Shown: positions 38,680-48,878, numbered from the stretch's first letter. The stretch: 53,834 nucleotides of DNA from a virus (IMGVR_UViG_3300030104_001062:1-53834); one strand, 5' to 3'. Notes: generated from the sequence alone by a model not told the origin. Numbers and translations are program-made.

Positions 38680-40339
38680 TAAACGTGGTCGCCCAAGAAA
38701 AGATCCTAATGCTCCGAAGGAATCTTATAACATTTCATCATTAGAACGAGCTAAAAGAGCAACTCGTAAAAAACTTGCAGCTGAAAGGCGACAAGCTAAC
38801 AAGGCTGCAAAGAAAGTACAGAAACACAGACAAAATGCTAAACGTATTGAAAACACTGCCAAGAACCTGTCTAACGGAACTTCAAAAGTTGTGGACTTGG
38901 GTGACGAACTCAATTCGTTACAACCTGTATCAGATCTGGTCGATGATCAAGAGATTATATTTAAACCTAATAATGGTCCTCAAGAAGAATTTCTATCTTC
39001 CTCTGAAGAAGATGTGTTATACGGTGGGGCTGCAGGAGGGGGCAAGTCTTTCGCTTTGCTTGTTGATCCTCTTCGTTATTGCCATAACCCTAATCATCGT
39101 GGTCTTCTCCTAAGAAGAACTCTTGATGAATTAACAGAACTAATAGACAAATCAAGACAACTATATACTAAAGCTTTTCCAAAAGCACACTTTAGAGAAT
39201 CAAAATCCACGTGGGTGTTCCCTTCTGGGGCAACGATGTGGTTTACTTATCTAGACAGAGACAAAGATGTTACTCGATTTCAGGGACAGGCTTTTAACTG
39301 GATAGGAATAGACGAAATAACACAATACCCCACACCATACGTGTGGGATTACTTGCGTTCAAGACTACGTACAACAGATGACGAACTAAGACCAAACATG
39401 TCTATGCGTTGTACTGGAAACCCCGGTGGAGTTGGAGGGTGGTGGATTAAGAAGATGTACATTGATCCACACGAATATAATAAACCTTTTCCAGCCACAG
39501 ATATAGAAACAAGAGAGCAGTTACTATACCCAGAGGGTCACGAGAAAGCAAGGCAACCGTTGTTCTACCGAAAGTTTATTCCTGCACGGTTGACCGATAA
39601 TCCCTATCTGATGCAAGATGGCAGATACGAAGCCATGCTCAGATCGCTCCCAGAAGTTGAACGGAAGAGACTTCTTGAAGGGGATTGGGATGTCGCAGAG
39701 GGAGCGGCCTTCCCAGAGTTTTCTAAACAGAAGCACGTTGTCGAGCCATTTGAAATGCCAACTAACTGGCCCAGAATACGTGCAGCGGATTATGGATACG
39801 CAAGTCCATCCTGTGTATTGTGGGGGGCTATAGATTGGGACAACAACATTTGGATCTATAAAGAACTCTACGTAAAGCAACACACAGCAGAGCAACTTGC
39901 TGACAAAATACTGGAGATGGAACAACTTGAACCCACACCACATTACTCTGTACTTGACTCATCGTGTTGGAACAAGACAGGGTTTGGTCCTTCAATTGCA
40001 GAGACTATGATGCGTTTGGGTGTGAGGTGGACACCATCCGATAGAAACAGGTTACAGGGTAAAATGGAAATACATAGACGATTAGCAGATAACCCATTGA
40101 CAAAGTTACCCAGAATCCGTATATTTAATACATGTAGTAACACAGTTAGACAACTTGCAGGAATACCGTTGTCGAAAAGTAATTCAGAAGATGTAGATAC
40201 AAAAGCAGAAGACCACGCATATGATGCGTTGCGTTATCTAGTAATGACTAGAACCAGTGGATATGCTTCAATACATAAAAGTCTACAGGGAATAAAAGAT
40301 CAAACATACCAACCAGTAAATAGTACATTTGGATATTAA
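38672..40339 (+). CDS. terL: Terminase large subunit
   Basis: YGGAAGGGKS, IGIDE, TGNPGG, ADYGY, DHAYDALRY. Confidence 0.95.
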   Translation: MANKRGRPRKDPNAPKESYNISSLERAKRATRKKLAAERRQANKAAKKVQKHRQNAKRIENTAKNLSNGTSKVVDLGDELNSLQPVSDLVDDQEIIFKPNNGPQEEFLSSSEEDVLYGGAAGGGKSFALLVDPLRYCHNPNHRGLLLRRTLDELTELIDKSRQLYTKAFPKAHFRESKSTWVFPSGATMWFTYLDRDKDVTRFQGQAFNWIGIDEITQYPTPYVWDYLRSRLRTTDDELRPNMSMRCTGNPGGVGGWWIKKMYIDPHEYNKPFPATDIETREQLLYPEGHEKARQPLFYRKFIPARLTDNPYLMQDGRYEAMLRSLPEVERKRLLEGDWDVAEGAAFPEFSKQKHVVEPFEMPTNWPRIRAADYGYASPSCVLWGAIDWDNNIWIYKELYVKQHTAEQLADKILEMEQLEPTPHYSVLDSSCWNKTGFGPSIAETMMRLGVRWTPSDRNRLQGKMEIHRRLADNPLTKLPRIRIFNTCSNTVRQLAGIPLSKSNSEDVDTKAEDHAYDALRYLVMTRTSGYASIHKSLQGIKDQTYQPVNSTFGY

Positions 40340-42213
40340 TGACTAAAGCTAGATTAAAAAAAGTTGATAATTTTTTAGAATTTCAAGAAAGGCTGTTTCC
40401 TGATGGAAATATTCCAACTCGTGAAGAAATTAAAAATCTTGTGCAAAGTGGGGATACCTCTGTAAGAACACATATTTTAAATAAAATGTATAGAGATGGA
40501 GTTCCAACAGATCCATTTCTTTTACTTGATGAAAGAGCAAAAGATTTTGCAAATAAATTTAATGATGCATTTGGTAAAAATACATTACAAACAGCTAAAA
40601 ACATTACAGGTGTTGTAAAAGATGTAGATAATGTACTTAAAAAAGGATTTACATTAGAAGATGATTTTATAACTGTCAAAGAAGCAGGAACATTTCCTGA
40701 AGCTGATAGAAAAGCTTTTGAAAACAGATATACTAGCACTGCAGATTTACCAAAAGGTGATGATATGCCTGTGCCAACTATAAAAGGTTCTAAAAAACTT
40801 GCAAGTGGTAAAGTTCCTAAAGGGTTATTAAAAACAGTATTGGAAGCAGTAGGAAGTATACCAGATGAAGTATTACGTGATGCCGCAATAGCAAGTTTAA
40901 TTGGGTACAGAGGAGCAGATCTTGTAGGATCTATGACAAATGAGGTCAATCCTTTAAGTGGAAATTTTGTAGCTTCTGAAGAATATCCTGCTAGACCATA
41001 TTACGATCCAAAAACAAATAGCTTAATAGCTCCAGATGTAGATATAGGAGCAGGTAGAAAAGGCAAAGATCCTCTTAAAGAGCTAGGACCTTTAATGCAA
41101 TCTATATTTGATAGAAGATTTGCAAATGCCGTAGATGGAGAATTATTTCCTGATATTGGAACAAAAGATATTTCAAATGCTTTAAATAAATATGTATTTC
41201 CAAAAATACCAAAAGAAGTATTAGCACATTTAAAGACACAACCAAGTGGCTACTCAGCTATGCGTAAAATATTTGCATCAGCCGTAGCGAATGATTTGAA
41301 CAAACCAGAAATTGCAGCTCAGTTGATGGGGCATGGAACAGGTGAATTAGGTGGGCAAAGTGTTTTAAATAAATTTTATGCTACGATTATTGATGAGGGA
41401 GGACTTCAAGCTAGAACAGATACGTTATTGCAACTTGAAAAGTTTATGGCTGATGCTTTAGGTGTAACGACTTCTGGAGAATTAGCAACTAGATTAAATT
41501 TAAAACTTGATAACCCTGATCTAAATATAACATATCCAGAGTTTGATATGGATAAACCTATACAAGGTCCTGAAGGTCAAAAGATACAGTTGAGCGAAGA
41601 AGAATTACAAGCTCAAGAACAAGAAAGAATTAAAGCTTCTCAAAAAAGAACACAGGATCAAGCTGTAGCTACTGCTGAAGGTGTTCAAAAAGAAGTGGGT
41701 ATATACAAAGGTATATCCAAAGAAGACATTGATGAAACAACTTCAAAGAAAGCGTTAGCTAAATTTAGTGAAAAAGAAAAAACAGCCGAGCTATTTAAAC
41801 AAAAAAAATTAGATGACAAAAAAACTAAACGAGATAATCTTTTTAAAAAGTTAGCAGAAATTTCAAAAAGAGATGGAATTAAAAGTGTAGCAGGATTAAT
41901 TACTGCAGGGACTGCTACAAAGATTGCGGCTGGAGTTTTGTCTGGTGGAACTGCTGCTCTACCTTTAGCGGCCGAAGCTGCGGCAGAAGTTGTACTTAGT
42001 CCTACTCCTACTGGAGAAAAAGCCATAGATCCTAAAATTGGATTAGAGTATACACAACCTGAAAGACCACCATCTGATTTTATGACTGAAGACGAAATTT
42101 TAAGTAGTTCAAGAATGGCTAAAGGGCAGTTTGAACCAGACATATTTCAACAAGCTAGATTAGATAGAAAAGCACAAAAAGATAAAATACAAAGTTTTTT
42201 AACAACCAACTAA
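40339..42213 (+). CDS. Tyrosine recombinase/integrase-fold protein with long C-terminal extension
   Basis: GYR191GADL, K241, S306AMR309K, LMGH332, Y347. Confidence 0.65.
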   Translation: MTKARLKKVDNFLEFQERLFPDGNIPTREEIKNLVQSGDTSVRTHILNKMYRDGVPTDPFLLLDERAKDFANKFNDAFGKNTLQTAKNITGVVKDVDNVLKKGFTLEDDFITVKEAGTFPEADRKAFENRYTSTADLPKGDDMPVPTIKGSKKLASGKVPKGLLKTVLEAVGSIPDEVLRDAAIASLIGYRGADLVGSMTNEVNPLSGNFVASEEYPARPYYDPKTNSLIAPDVDIGAGRKGKDPLKELGPLMQSIFDRRFANAVDGELFPDIGTKDISNALNKYVFPKIPKEVLAHLKTQPSGYSAMRKIFASAVANDLNKPEIAAQLMGHGTGELGGQSVLNKFYATIIDEGGLQARTDTLLQLEKFMADALGVTTSGELATRLNLKLDNPDLNITYPEFDMDKPIQGPEGQKIQLSEEELQAQEQERIKASQKRTQDQAVATAEGVQKEVGIYKGISKEDIDETTSKKALAKFSEKEKTAELFKQKKLDDKKTKRDNLFKKLAEISKRDGIKSVAGLITAGTATKIAAGVLSGGTAALPLAAEAAAEVVLSPTPTGEKAIDPKIGLEYTQPERPPSDFMTEDEILSSSRMAKGQFEPDIFQQARLDRKAQKDKIQSFLTTN

Positions 42214-42223
42214 GGAGGGCGAC

Positions 42224-42442
42224 ATGCCACAAGGTAACTACAACTATGACGCAGGGTACATCATGAACTCAGATAAAACATCTGTTGATGACCAAATGGG
42301 AGCAAACCAATTAAATCGTGAAGGATTGCAGTTTGATACAAAAGTAACACAAGATGTCTTTACTCAAGATGCTCCAAAGCAACAGTCAAAGCCGACAGTT
42401 GAAGCATCATTGTTTGCAATGGCAGAACAACGAGATTACTAA
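42224..42442 (+). CDS. Small protein upstream of portal
   Basis: AAGGAGG RBS. Confidence 0.75.
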   Translation: MPQGNYNYDAGYIMNSDKTSVDDQMGANQLNREGLQFDTKVTQDVFTQDAPKQQSKPTVEASLFAMAEQRDY

Positions 42443-42448
42443 TATATA

Positions 42449-44572
42449 ATGTCTGATAACTTTCTTGAACCAGCCGATGATGAGCAGGTAGTTGTTGCAA
42501 CCCCAGAGGATCAACTACCCGGTCTTGTTGGATATATAAAAGAAAAATTTGATGGGGCTGAGAATGGGAGATACACCCATGAACAGCGTTGGCTGACCTC
42601 GTTCAAGAACTTTAGGGGTATCTATGATTCAAGTACAACCTATAGAGAGTCAGAGCGATCACAAGTCTTTATAAAAATTACAAAGACAAAAGTGCTGGCT
42701 GCCTATGGTCAAATTGTAGATATACTTTTTGGGTCTAAGAAGTTTCCAATTACAATTGAGCCTACTCCTGTTCCTGAAGGAATAGCAGAGTTTGCACATC
42801 AAAAGACACCTCTTGATGATTCACAAGCTCCTCAAGATCCTTTTGGATATCAAGGAGATGGAAGAGAAGTTCTTCCCGGTGCAATGGAAGCTACACCTAA
42901 AAATAACGTATTAGGGGGTCTTGCTGATAAGTATGAAGGAATACCTCTTGTTGAGGGTGCTTCTAAGATTGGTGAAGTGCAAATATCTCCTGCAATGGAA
43001 TCAGCGTTAGTTCTTGAAAAACAAATACAGGATCAGTTGCTTGATACTCGTGCTGTTAACACAATGAGAGCTGCCATCTTTGAAATGGCTATGTTAGGTA
43101 CAGGTGTTGTAAAAGGACCATTTAATTTCTATAAGCGTGTTCATAAGTGGACAAAAGGCGAAGATGGGGAAAAGAAATACACACCTTACGAAAAAACTGT
43201 TCCACGTATGGAGCATGTGTCCTGTTGGGATTTCTTTCCAGATCCTACAGCAACATCTATTGATGATGCTGAATATGTAATACAAAGACATAGACTCAAT
43301 AAGTCTCAGTTTCGTGCATTAATTAATCTTCCGTTCTTTGATGCAACAGCAATTGAAAACTGTGTAGCTAAAGGTCCTAACTATGAAGACAAGTATTACG
43401 AAGATACAATACGAGAAGACGAGACAGAAGCAAACTACCGAGAAAATCGTTTTGAAGTATTAGAATACTGGGGGGTTTTAGATGCTCAACTTGCTAGAGC
43501 AACAGGTCTTGATGTAGCTAACTCAATGTCTGATCTTGAACAAGTACAGATAAATGCTTGGATCTGTAATGGCATGGTATTACGATGTGTATTAAATCCA
43601 TTTACACCTGCACGAATACCTTATCAAGTTGTTCCATACGAAGTAAATCCTTACCAGATGTTTGGTGTTGGAGTTGCAGAAAACATGGAAGATTCCCAGC
43701 TATTGATGAATGGTCACGTAAGAATGGCTATTGATAACTTAGCACTAGCAGGTAATCTTGTATTTGATGTAGATGAAGCAAGTTTAGTTCCCGGACAAAA
43801 CATGGATGTGTTTCCGGGCAAGATATTTAGAAGACAATCTGGGGTAACAGGAACAGCAATCAATGGATTAAAGTTTCCAAACACAGCACCAGAAAATTTA
43901 CAGATGTATCAAATTAGTAGGCAGTTAGCTGACGAACAAACTGGTATACCTTCTATACTACACGGACAAACAGGTGTAACAGGAACAGGAAGAACAGCTT
44001 CTGGGCTATCTATGCTGTTAGGTGGAGCAAATTTATCCATGAAAACAGTTATAAAAAACATTGATGACTATATGTTAAAGCCTGTTGGTGAAGCATACTT
44101 TCAATGGAACATGCAGTTTAATGAGTCTACCCCTGAGATACAAGGCGATTTAGAAATAAAGCCCGGTGGTACAAATTCAATAATGCAGAAAGAAGTACGA
44201 AGTCAAAGATTGACAGCGTTACTACAAACTGTAGCAAACCCAATGTTAGCACCATTTATTAAGTTGCCAAACCTAATGAGAGAACTAGCTATTGCACAGG
44301 ATATTGATCCTGATAGTCTAGTAAATAATTTAAATGAAGCAAAACTATATGCAGAACTATTAAGAGGATTACAAAATGCTCAACAAGAAGCAAGCCAGCA
44401 GTCTCAGCCCACTGGTCAACAACCAACAGGCATGGGTGGCACTGGAGGAACACCTTCAGCACCTAACAGAAATGACGGTGCAAGCGTTGATGGCAGCCCC
44501 ACTGGAGTCGGAGCTACGCCAGCTGCAGGGGAAGCTTCGTTTACTGGAAACCCTCAAGGGGTTGAAGAATGA
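42449..44572 (+). CDS. Portal protein
   Basis: FIKITKTKVLAAYGQI, GTGVVKGP, WDFFPDP, RMAIDNLAL, TGRTASG; synteny. Confidence 0.9.
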   Translation: MSDNFLEPADDEQVVVATPEDQLPGLVGYIKEKFDGAENGRYTHEQRWLTSFKNFRGIYDSSTTYRESERSQVFIKITKTKVLAAYGQIVDILFGSKKFPITIEPTPVPEGIAEFAHQKTPLDDSQAPQDPFGYQGDGREVLPGAMEATPKNNVLGGLADKYEGIPLVEGASKIGEVQISPAMESALVLEKQIQDQLLDTRAVNTMRAAIFEMAMLGTGVVKGPFNFYKRVHKWTKGEDGEKKYTPYEKTVPRMEHVSCWDFFPDPTATSIDDAEYVIQRHRLNKSQFRALINLPFFDATAIENCVAKGPNYEDKYYEDTIREDETEANYRENRFEVLEYWGVLDAQLARATGLDVANSMSDLEQVQINAWICNGMVLRCVLNPFTPARIPYQVVPYEVNPYQMFGVGVAENMEDSQLLMNGHVRMAIDNLALAGNLVFDVDEASLVPGQNMDVFPGKIFRRQSGVTGTAINGLKFPNTAPENLQMYQISRQLADEQTGIPSILHGQTGVTGTGRTASGLSMLLGGANLSMKTVIKNIDDYMLKPVGEAYFQWNMQFNESTPEIQGDLEIKPGGTNSIMQKEVRSQRLTALLQTVANPMLAPFIKLPNLMRELAIAQDIDPDSLVNNLNEAKLYAELLRGLQNAQQEASQQSQPTGQQPTGMGGTGGTPSAPNRNDGASVDGSPTGVGATPAAGEASFTGNPQGVEE

Positions 44573-44609
44573 TTATATGGCAGTACAAAAATTAAAGGAT
44601 AACGTATGA
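44376..44609 (+). CDS. Small helical post-portal protein overlapping the portal 3' end
   Basis: AGAGGA RBS; WVALEEHL..LRQLQGKLRLLETL; ATGA-coupled to the next gene. Confidence 0.7.
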   Translation: MLNKKQASSLSPLVNNQQAWVALEEHLQHLTEMTVQALMAAPLESELRQLQGKLRLLETLKGLKNDYMAVQKLKDNV

Positions 44610-46912
44610 CAACTCTTATTCCACAAGGATTTTTTCCATTAACAGATACAGGTAACAGGTATAGTTTCTTTCATCAATTTTTTAAAGGATTGTATCCTGA
44701 AATGTATAAAGATGTGTTAAAAAATTTAGGACAAGATGTAGAATCAGAAGAAGATCCCTCACCTCCAATTCCAGTATCAACAGGTGCTGCATTACAGGAT
44801 GGCAGAGATGATGACCCATATGACAAAGCTAGACAAGATGCTTTAAGATTACAATGGATGATGGATGGCAAGTATAAAATACAAGGACAAGCTGTAACAT
44901 TAAATGTTCCTGAGTTTCCAGCAGGGCAAAAAGGACAGTCTGCTTCTATTAGTAAATTTGAAACAGGAATTGCATCTGATCCAAATATATTAAGTAGTTT
45001 ATTTGGAGGAATGACAGAAAAAGCACACGCAGCCAATATTCAAAAACTTATGGATGAAGGTGTTGGTGGAGCAGGATTAGTATGGAGTCCAACAGGGGGT
45101 TTTTCTAGTGTTTCATTAAGTGTAAACAAACGTAACTTGTTGGGAAAAGAAGTAACAACAAAAAACTTAGTGGGTAATGTTCCTGATGTGTTTATCTATG
45201 GGGATACAGTATATAATATGCAAAATCCACTTTCTAAAAAAGCATTTATAACAGCTTTTGAAAATTCATCACAAAAACGTGCTACTGAAATTAAAAAGGT
45301 AGAAAGTAAAAGACAGGGGTTAGTTAAAACTTTTGGATACTATGGGGATGACAGAGAAACTGTAGAAGGTTCTGAATATGCTACTGGTAAAGCTTCTTTT
45401 GAAAAAATGAAAAAAGAAAGAGGGTTTAGTGCTGATGCTCAATATTTTGGATCAGAAGGAATGGGGGATGCATATGAAAGAACTCCAGAAGGTGTACAAT
45501 CTGCTGCAGGGTTAACTGCTGAACAAAAACAAAGTGCATCAGATGCGGCACGTGATGACAGAGAGCGAGAAAGAGCAGAAAATCAAGCTAAACAGGATGC
45601 AGCAAATATTTCTGATAAACAAGCTTCAGAATTTGCATCAGGAACACAATCAGACGTTGACCAAATGGCAAAAGATTTTGGGTATAACACTGGTGGTTTT
45701 ATAGGTGGAATGAACCCAGATCAAGTAACAGACGCACAAACTGTAGCTGACGATTACCCAATAGATTCTGATGATGGCGACTTTATGATTAATGCCGCAG
45801 CAATTGAAAGAGATCCACAGATGTTTAATGAAATTATATCTCAAGGATTGCAGAAGGCACGAGAAAAAGGAGTTGACGTAGGAGACATTTCAGGAGTTGG
45901 TATGGATGGGTCTGGGGATGTACTAGCATCAAAAGGAGAGTTCCTTGTTAAAAAACCTCTTGCTGAAACCATAGGGTATGATGCGTTAAATCAATTTAAT
46001 GATCAAGGCAAACCAGAGGTTGACAGACGAGTTGCAGCATCAGGTGGATTTTTAGATGGATACGCAAATGGTGGAGATATATCATTACCTGTATCAAAAC
46101 CAAATCGTGATCCAGATATTGTTAGATTTTATAATAGCATAAAAGATAGATTTAAAGGATCAGAGGAAGCTAGAAAAAAGACAGATGAAATTATTAGTAA
46201 CTTTCCTGAAGAAAAATTATTAGCTTTACTGTCTATTACTGAAGCGAGTAAACTAGGAGATAGAGGTATGGAAGCTGTAATGCACGTTGTTAATAACCGT
46301 GCAAAATCAGATTATAGAAACTTTGGTAAATTAAATTCTGTTGCAGATGTCTTGTTGCAAAAAACTGGTAAAGGAGCATATGAATTTACTGGTTTAGAAA
46401 TTAGTGGTAGAGATGAAAAGTATGATCTTAGAGTACAATTATCAGAATTGTTATCAAGAGCAGGTGGGTTAAAAGAATTTGATAGACAAGTAGAAGTTGC
46501 AAAAAAAGTATTAGCTGGAACAAAAAGAGATTTTACAAAAGGATCTTTATTCTTTTGGAATCCAGACACCTCAGATATAAGCCCTGTTGGACTTAGTAAA
46601 GAAGAATTTGAAGAAAAAGTGCAAGCAGGAGAATATTTAATAACAGAGAACATTGAAGGTTCTACAGGTAGACACGAGCATATTCGCCCTGCTGATATAC
46701 CTGAAACAGAATACCCAGAAGAATCTTTTTTAAGATCTGTAGAAACAAAAAAACGAGCGTCTAATCAATTAAAAATAGCAGAAGATAATAAGATGTCTCG
46801 ATTTACTGAGAGATTAGAACCTCTTCCTGAACCTGAAGGGTTGTCCCAAAAAACATTTTTAGGGAACATACTTAGTCAGGGAGTTAAACCTCAAATGGGA
46901 AGAAGGAACTAA
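44606..46912 (+). CDS. Virion protein with C-terminal SleB/Hydrolase_2-like cell-wall hydrolase domain
   Basis: LLSITEAS..GMEAVMHVVNNR..YEF..DFTKGSLFFWNP..GRHEH; DGDFMINAAA and SKGEFLV repeats. Confidence 0.75.
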   Translation: MTTLIPQGFFPLTDTGNRYSFFHQFFKGLYPEMYKDVLKNLGQDVESEEDPSPPIPVSTGAALQDGRDDDPYDKARQDALRLQWMMDGKYKIQGQAVTLNVPEFPAGQKGQSASISKFETGIASDPNILSSLFGGMTEKAHAANIQKLMDEGVGGAGLVWSPTGGFSSVSLSVNKRNLLGKEVTTKNLVGNVPDVFIYGDTVYNMQNPLSKKAFITAFENSSQKRATEIKKVESKRQGLVKTFGYYGDDRETVEGSEYATGKASFEKMKKERGFSADAQYFGSEGMGDAYERTPEGVQSAAGLTAEQKQSASDAARDDRERERAENQAKQDAANISDKQASEFASGTQSDVDQMAKDFGYNTGGFIGGMNPDQVTDAQTVADDYPIDSDDGDFMINAAAIERDPQMFNEIISQGLQKAREKGVDVGDISGVGMDGSGDVLASKGEFLVKKPLAETIGYDALNQFNDQGKPEVDRRVAASGGFLDGYANGGDISLPVSKPNRDPDIVRFYNSIKDRFKGSEEARKKTDEIISNFPEEKLLALLSITEASKLGDRGMEAVMHVVNNRAKSDYRNFGKLNSVADVLLQKTGKGAYEFTGLEISGRDEKYDLRVQLSELLSRAGGLKEFDRQVEVAKKVLAGTKRDFTKGSLFFWNPDTSDISPVGLSKEEFEEKVQAGEYLITENIEGSTGRHEHIRPADIPETEYPEESFLRSVETKKRASNQLKIAEDNKMSRFTERLEPLPEPEGLSQKTFLGNILSQGVKPQMGRRN

Positions 46913-46917
46913 AAAAC

Positions 46918-46982
46918 GTAGCTACCTGCAATAAAGCAGCCCTACATTACCGAGCAGCCACCCCAAGCCATGTGGCACTGCT
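46918..46982 (+). promoter_or_regulatory. Tandem structured RNA hairpins before the scaffold RBS
   Basis: Two stem-loops sharing a C(U/C)AC / C(C/A) internal loop, ending just before GAAGGAG. Confidence 0.5.
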
Positions 46983-46997
46983 AGAAGGAGAATTATC

Positions 46998-47879
46998 ATG
47001 GCAAAGAAACCAAGCGGCCACAGAGCTAATAAACACAATGATTCCTTTGGAACTATAAATGACGAAAACCTGTACAGAAACGCATACCGTAAAGACGTTT
47101 ACAAAGATGACGATGATGAACAGGAAGTAGAAGCATCCCCTGCAGAAGAAGCAGCTACGGTGCAACAAAATACAAGTTTCGTTGAGTCAAAACAATCTGA
47201 CGAAGTTGACTTTAAAAAAAGATATGATGACCTTAAAAAGCATTATGACCAAAAACTTGATACATGGAAGTCTGAAAAAAGCGAATTAGAAAACGCTATA
47301 AAGAACTCCGTAGCTCAAAATACTAATGTTCAAATGCCTAAAACTCCAGAAGAATTGGAGCAATTTAAGACTGAGTATCCAGATGTGTATGCAGTTGTAC
47401 AAACTGTTGCCCATCAACAAGCTGAAGAAAAATCAAAAGATCTTCATAAAGAGTTGGAAACAATTCGTGAACGTGAAAGGAATTTGGTTGTTCAGAAAGC
47501 TTACGAAGAACTTCTAAGAAAACATTCTGATTTTGATGAAATTAGAAAAGACAAAAACTTTCTAAGTTGGTTGGAAACTCAACCTGCATCTCTTGCAGAT
47601 GGTATCTATAAAAACAACACTGATGCATTATGGGCATCAAGAGTTATAGACCTTTACAAAGCAGATGCTGGCATAGGTAAAAAATCAAAAGCAACAAAGC
47701 CAACAGCGGCATCAGCGATAACCCCTGCACAAGCAAGGGAAGTAAACGTTAATTCCAATGGTGGCAAACGTGTATGGAAAGCTTCTGAAATTGCTAAACT
47801 AAAAAGTCAAGAATTTGAACGTTTTGAAAAAGATATTGATATAGCTAGAATAGAAGGTCGTATTGATTTTAATTCTTAA
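46998..47879 (+). CDS. Capsid scaffolding protein
   Basis: FKKRYDDLKKHYD coiled coil; C-terminal IDIARIEGRI; directly upstream of MCP. Confidence 0.85.
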   Translation: MAKKPSGHRANKHNDSFGTINDENLYRNAYRKDVYKDDDDEQEVEASPAEEAATVQQNTSFVESKQSDEVDFKKRYDDLKKHYDQKLDTWKSEKSELENAIKNSVAQNTNVQMPKTPEELEQFKTEYPDVYAVVQTVAHQQAEEKSKDLHKELETIRERERNLVVQKAYEELLRKHSDFDEIRKDKNFLSWLETQPASLADGIYKNNTDALWASRVIDLYKADAGIGKKSKATKPTAASAITPAQAREVNVNSNGGKRVWKASEIAKLKSQEFERFEKDIDIARIEGRIDFNS

Positions 47880-47912
47880 TTTAAAACTTTAACTAAATAA
47901 AGGAGAAGCGTA

Positions 47913-48878
47913 ATGGCTTTTACTACATCAGCAGGATATGGTAACCTGCCTAGTGGTAATTTTACACCGTCTATATTTAGTCAAAAAGTTCTTAAATTCT
48001 TTCGCAGAGCATCGGTTGTAGAGGACATTACCAATACAGACTATGCTGGGGAAATTGAGAACTTTGGTGACACGGTTAATATTATCAAAGAACCTACAAT
48101 CACAGTATCCTCGTATCAAAGGGGTGCAGTGGTTAACCCACAAGACTTGGCTGACGATCAAATTAGTATGGTTGTTGACCAAGCAAACGCATTTGCGTTT
48201 AAAATTGACGACATCGAAGAACGTCAGTCACATGTTAATTTTGAAGCACTCGCTACCTCATCAGGTGCGTATTCTTTAAAGAGAGCATATGATGCTAACG
48301 TTCTCGACTTAATGGCGACTAACGCTGGAATATCTAGTGAAACTGATGCTGCAACTGCAACTGTTGCAGGACTAGGAACATTAGGTGGTGTGTTAGACCT
48401 TACAGAAGATGGCGATGTAGCTATGAATCTACTAACTAAGATGGCTAGAGCATTAGACGACCAAAGTATTCCAGAGGAAAACAGATGGTTTGTCGGTCCT
48501 CCAATTTTTTATGAAATTCTTCATAAAGCTGCGGCAAAACTTTCTGCAGTTAACATAACTGGGGATGCTGCTTCACCATTAAGAAACGGTATGGTCGCTC
48601 CACAAAAAATTGCTGGATTTACATGCTATAAGACTACAGCATTAAATTCAAGTGGTGGTACTGATCAAGTTACTTTAACAGGTTTAGCTACAGACGGCAA
48701 CGAGCATGCTGTTTTGGCTGGGCATATTTCATCAACTGCTACAGCATCTCACATTGCTAAAACAGAGGTAGTTAGATCTACTGAATCTTTTAGTGACGTT
48801 GTGAGAGGATTACACGTTTTTGGTCGTAAAGTTTTAAGACCAGAAGCTATAGTTCGTGCTGCAGTTAAGTGTAACTAA
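47913..48878 (+). CDS. Major capsid protein
   Basis: AGYGNLPSGNF, ITNTDYAGEI..GDTV, FAFKIDDIE, DVVRGLHVFGRKVLRPEA. Confidence 0.92.
   Translation: MAFTTSAGYGNLPSGNFTPSIFSQKVLKFFRRASVVEDITNTDYAGEIENFGDTVNIIKEPTITVSSYQRGAVVNPQDLADDQISMVVDQANAFAFKIDDIEERQSHVNFEALATSSGAYSLKRAYDANVLDLMATNAGISSETDAATATVAGLGTLGGVLDLTEDGDVAMNLLTKMARALDDQSIPEENRWFVGPPIFYEILHKAAAKLSAVNITGDAASPLRNGMVAPQKIAGFTCYKTTALNSSGGTDQVTLTGLATDGNEHAVLAGHISSTATASHIAKTEVVRSTESFSDVVRGLHVFGRKVLRPEAIVRAAVKCN

Noticed and set aside
40339-42213. Classical lysogeny integrase or protelomerase with cognate site
   Set aside because: I found no repressor, attP/tRNA fragment or long perfect palindrome; kept only as an atypical recombinase-fold finding
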